A stretch of DNA of 56,843 nucleotides, counting the filler, from Platydemus manokwari (taxonomy: Eukaryota): assembly GCA_037951405.1 (NCBI GenBank). It is 5 parts of 5 records of this genome, joined end to end, with 100 filler letters (N's around TTAATTAATTAA, not from the genome) between each part and the next. Parts side by side here need not be neighbours in the genome. Positions count along the whole stretch, not along the records: positions 45,125 to 56,843 come from JBBMOY010501109.1; 4 more parts are not named here. The stretch is one strand, 5' to 3'. Position 1 is the first letter of the stretch; each line of letters opens with the position of its first letter. The position numbers were made by a program, and so were the translations under genes. This document shows, piece by piece, positions 53,692-56,843 of this stretch. The notes below the pieces were generated by a model that saw only the letters and a list, made by a program, of their open reading frames with translations, made no database searches and was not told the DNA's origin.

Positions 53692-54137
53692 ATGGAGAAC
53701 ACTATTAGAGCCCATTCGAATTCGGAAAATTATGCTCAAAACTTTCATCAAACATTGCTTCCTGAACTCCCATTGGATTTATCAAGAACCAATCAAAAAT
53801 TGGAAAATAGTAATTTTAATTTTTGTTCACCATAATTTAAATTGCTGTTTAATTTTTCAACAATTATCAGAAATTGATAAAGAAAACAATCAAAATTCAC
53901 AATGTTTTGACAACCATCCTTTGAATACCGAACAAATGATGAAATTCCTCTCCGATATGAACAATCAATATGGGATTCTGGCTGGAAACATCTTTAATAA
54001 TTTCTTCCAGTCGTTTGTTCACTTCAATAGTAATGGTACAACCCATCCAGTAAAATATGAAGATTTATCTTCGGGTCCAATTCAAAGTTCACCTTCGGAA
54101 TCAATTATTCCCAACCAAAGGTTACAAACAAATGAAA
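53692..54137 (+). CDS. Orphan gene with a PLDLS motif (putative transcriptional regulator N-terminus)
   Basis: Exons 53692-53809 and 53871-54137 (61-nt GT-AG intron, phase 1) give MENTIRAHSNSENYAQNFHQTLLPELPLDLSRTNQKLENKIDKENNQ...DLSSGPIQSSPSESIIPNQ. The sequence is low-complexity and N/Q/S-rich. Confidence 0.55.
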
Positions 54138-54600
54138 GTAAATTTTATTCTATTTTTATAAAGTTTTGGTGTGTATTTGTAGAATTTATTTAATTGTTTC
54201 ATTATTAAGTATTTATTTTAGTATTAAGGAATTCTTTTATCGTTAACAGAACTGTTTGGTATAGTCGCATTAACACTGCCACTGTTTTAGATAATATTTG
54301 TAAATATAATAGAGTATTTAGATGTTCAGATATTGGATTGTATTTTTAATCTGATTTTTTTATGATTGGTGGACCAATATTTAAATATCCATTAAAAATA
54401 CTTATTTTTTTTAATGTTTACATTGAAATTTAATAAATTTTTTGAAAAAATAAGAAACTTTGTTAAAAAACAAAATCAAGATGAAATATTAATGAATAAA
54501 AAAACTCTAAACTTTTTTCTGAAAGACAGGATAATGAATGATAAGAATGAAAACGTTGATATGAAATCAAATTGATATTGCAACAGATAACAGAAAAGTT

Positions 54601-55005
54601 GGTTAAAGTTAAAAAAGGGTCCTAAAATAAAATTTTAAAATTATGGAGTGTATTGAAAAAATTTACAGGTTATTTAATTAAATTCTTTAATAACATTTTG
54701 AATTTTTTATTGAAATACTTGAGTAAAATTTTAGTTATTTAGAATCAAATAATACATGCACAGGATTTTTTAAATATCCTAAAATTAATTATTTGAAAAA
54801 CGGGTCAAAGTAGGTCAAAATGCAATTAATTGAAAATTAGCGAGGACCCCTTCTTTTAACATTAAAAGCAATCGGAATTATATCTAAGATTTTTAGAGTT
54901 ATTTTATAAAAAAAATGACTTCGAAATTATAGAGGAGTGCCAGGAACAAGGTACTTGTGTTTTCTCTCAAAATAAATATATTAATATCTATTTTATGATT
55001 GATTT
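54601..55005 (-). mobile_element. Merlin-type element, truncated copy
   Basis: Begins with the TIR GGTTAAAGTTAAAAAAGGGTCC and is colinear for about 400 bp with the other copies. Confidence 0.85.
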
Positions 55006-55276
55006 CATATCAGACCAATAATGTTTCTGTCTGATGCGTGAATGCGTTTTTCGTGCTGATAGGTGTCCTCCTAAAGTACCGTCGTGGTATTGCAATAGGA
55101 TAGTTTCCTGTAATTTTTTCGAAAAATACTTTTAGCCATTTGTCTTCATGATTAAATACTAAGAGGTTGTCCTCGAATGCGAAGTGTTTTTTATGATTTT
55201 GGATGTTATTTTGAGATACTGTGTTGAGTTTTATAGTTGTACTGATTAGTATGTGTAATGGAAATAAAGTTTGCAA
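55003..55276 (-). mobile_element. Gypsy/Ty3 LTR-retrotransposon integrase zinc-binding (H2C2) relic, frameshifted
   Basis: DNLLVFNHEDKWLKV, then a frameshift, then KLQETILLQYHDGTLGGHLSARKTHSRIRQKHYWSDMK. This is the canonical IL..YH.....GH....KT...I...YW..M integrase N-terminal motif. Confidence 0.85.
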
Positions 55277-55991
55277 TGTTTGATTTTTGGTATCAATAAC
55301 TAGTTATATAATAACTAGTAAACTGAAATCTCATTTTCAAAAACCTCAATAGAAGTATTTTTTGTTTAAGTGAATGTACATGTGTTTATTATATTTTACA
55401 AAATAATTGAACAATTTCATTTTTTAAATATTGTAAAAATGTAAATATAAATTAGGATTATTTATTTTCATTGGTTGAAGGCACCATTAAATCTAGCTGA
55501 ACCCCTAAAAAATTGCTAAAATGTATTTGTGAATATTTGGCAATGACTTGTAAAATTTTGTAAATAACTTTTTAAATTGTTCATTCACTTATTGCTAAAC
55601 ATTAGATTTTTGGGTCTCATTGAAATCTCACCTAAAAATGATTTTCAAGCAATTCATGAATTGGTTGCCTGTCTTGTGATTGGAGTAAGAAATAGATCAA
55701 GAAAAGTCTGTAGTCAGCATTGATAAATATATTATATCACACATATTGTTACAGCATTTTAACTTAATTTCAGGGTTATACGTCATTAGTTGCTTTCCTT
55801 TGATATTTTTTGTGTAAAGATAATATTTCATTTTTTTTCTATTTGAACAGCCTATATATTTCTCAAAATTTTTGGAAAATAGAAGAAGCTGAATTTGCAA
55901 TTCCATGGTAATTTTTAATACAATATAAATTTTCCTTTTAAATCACTTAAAATATTTTAAAAATTTAATTTAATAATGTTTAAATAATGTC

Positions 55992-56466
55992 ATGAAATTG
56001 CGATTTAAATATCAAAAACGGTTTCAAATTTTCTCAATAGAAGAAGTTGATCCAACTGTAAAGCAGTTAATCCAAGGAGCTGCAGAAAAATTTGATTTAA
56101 ATATGTCAGTACTAATTTTATTTAAGGTATTATATGATCAAAACATTATAGCAACAACGTTGAAATAAGTCTAAATGCTAATGATTATTATGATTACGAA
56201 AATTATGGTTTAAAAAAATCTTCTGATCTGAAAATTGTTAATGGTGACATTATACATGTTCGACTGAACGGTGTTTACGATGATATCAAAAGTGTCATTC
56301 GCCAAGAAGTAATACAATTTCTAGTAGAATTCAATTAAGCTGATTTCATCAGATTGCTGCAAAACTAGAAGATGTTTTGACTGTTTCCAAAATTGATAGT
56401 AGTTCACCGATATTGGTTAAATTGTCCATACCAATCCATTTATTTATGTCGGAAACGGGATTTTCG
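55992..56466 (+). CDS. FBXO7: F-box only protein 7-like (N-terminal Ubl plus start of FP domain), 5' partial in the window
   Basis: Exons 55992-56104, 56152-56308 and 56353-56466 give MKLRFKYQKR...PTVKQL...EISLNAND...LKIVNGDIIHV...IPIHLFMSETGF. This compares with FBXO7 MRLRVRLLKR/ITLNYKD/GIVSGDLI/LIHLLMLESGY. Confidence 0.8.
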
Positions 56467-56843
56467 GTAAGAACTTAATTCAAATTTTTTATTGAGCATT
56501 GAAAGTTGACTGTAATATCTTATAAATATCTGGACCCTATTTAAATTTTTTTCTTTTAATAAATTTGTATTGATTATCTGAAAAATAGTAATTACTAGAA
56601 CTTGAGAGTATCATATCTCATTTCCAAAATCCGATAATGGTATTTTATTCATATTTGAATTATTTGAACGCTCAGAATTATTTTTACTCTGAAGGAAAGA
56701 AGTATATTGAGAAAAATGTAATGTGAAATCAATATGCAAATACTACATTGGCTCACAATCAAGTGATAATTTAAAGTAAGATAGTCACAATATAAAGACT
56801 GGGTTTTATAAATAAAACTTAGAGATGTTGAAATTACGCAATG

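Overview
This is very AT-rich eukaryotic DNA, most likely from a fast-evolving invertebrate. A flatworm-like origin is plausible but is an inference from gene content and intron size. Most introns are short (about 31-61 nt) and GT-AG, so the ORF track fragments the genes. The window joins five contigs with artificial 100-nt N44-TTAATTAATTAA-N44 spacers and has one further 183-N gap. Manual splicing supports UTP25/DIEXF (+), a 3-exon fragment of an IP3 receptor (+), a doublecortin-domain gene (+, partial), ASNSD1 (-, complete), TFIIIC large subunit GTF3C1 (+, with one GC-AG intron) and the 5' part of FBXO7 (+). Mobile DNA comprises four copies of a Merlin-type DNA transposon derivative, a hAT-type MITE with an 8-bp TSD, and a Gypsy integrase relic. 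One Merlin copy is intact with GG-terminal TIRs and a perfect 8-bp TSD, and two others keep a transposase C-terminal remnant. The most interesting items absent from the ORF track are a candidate micro-exon prohormone-like gene (signal peptide, RK, 2-Cys peptide, KR) with a duplicated stop-containing exon, an orphan gene carrying a PLDLS CtBP motif, the stranded IP3R exons, and an apparent +1 frameshift in UTP25. I saw no prokaryotic-type system such as CRISPR, and no tRNA or rRNA gene.
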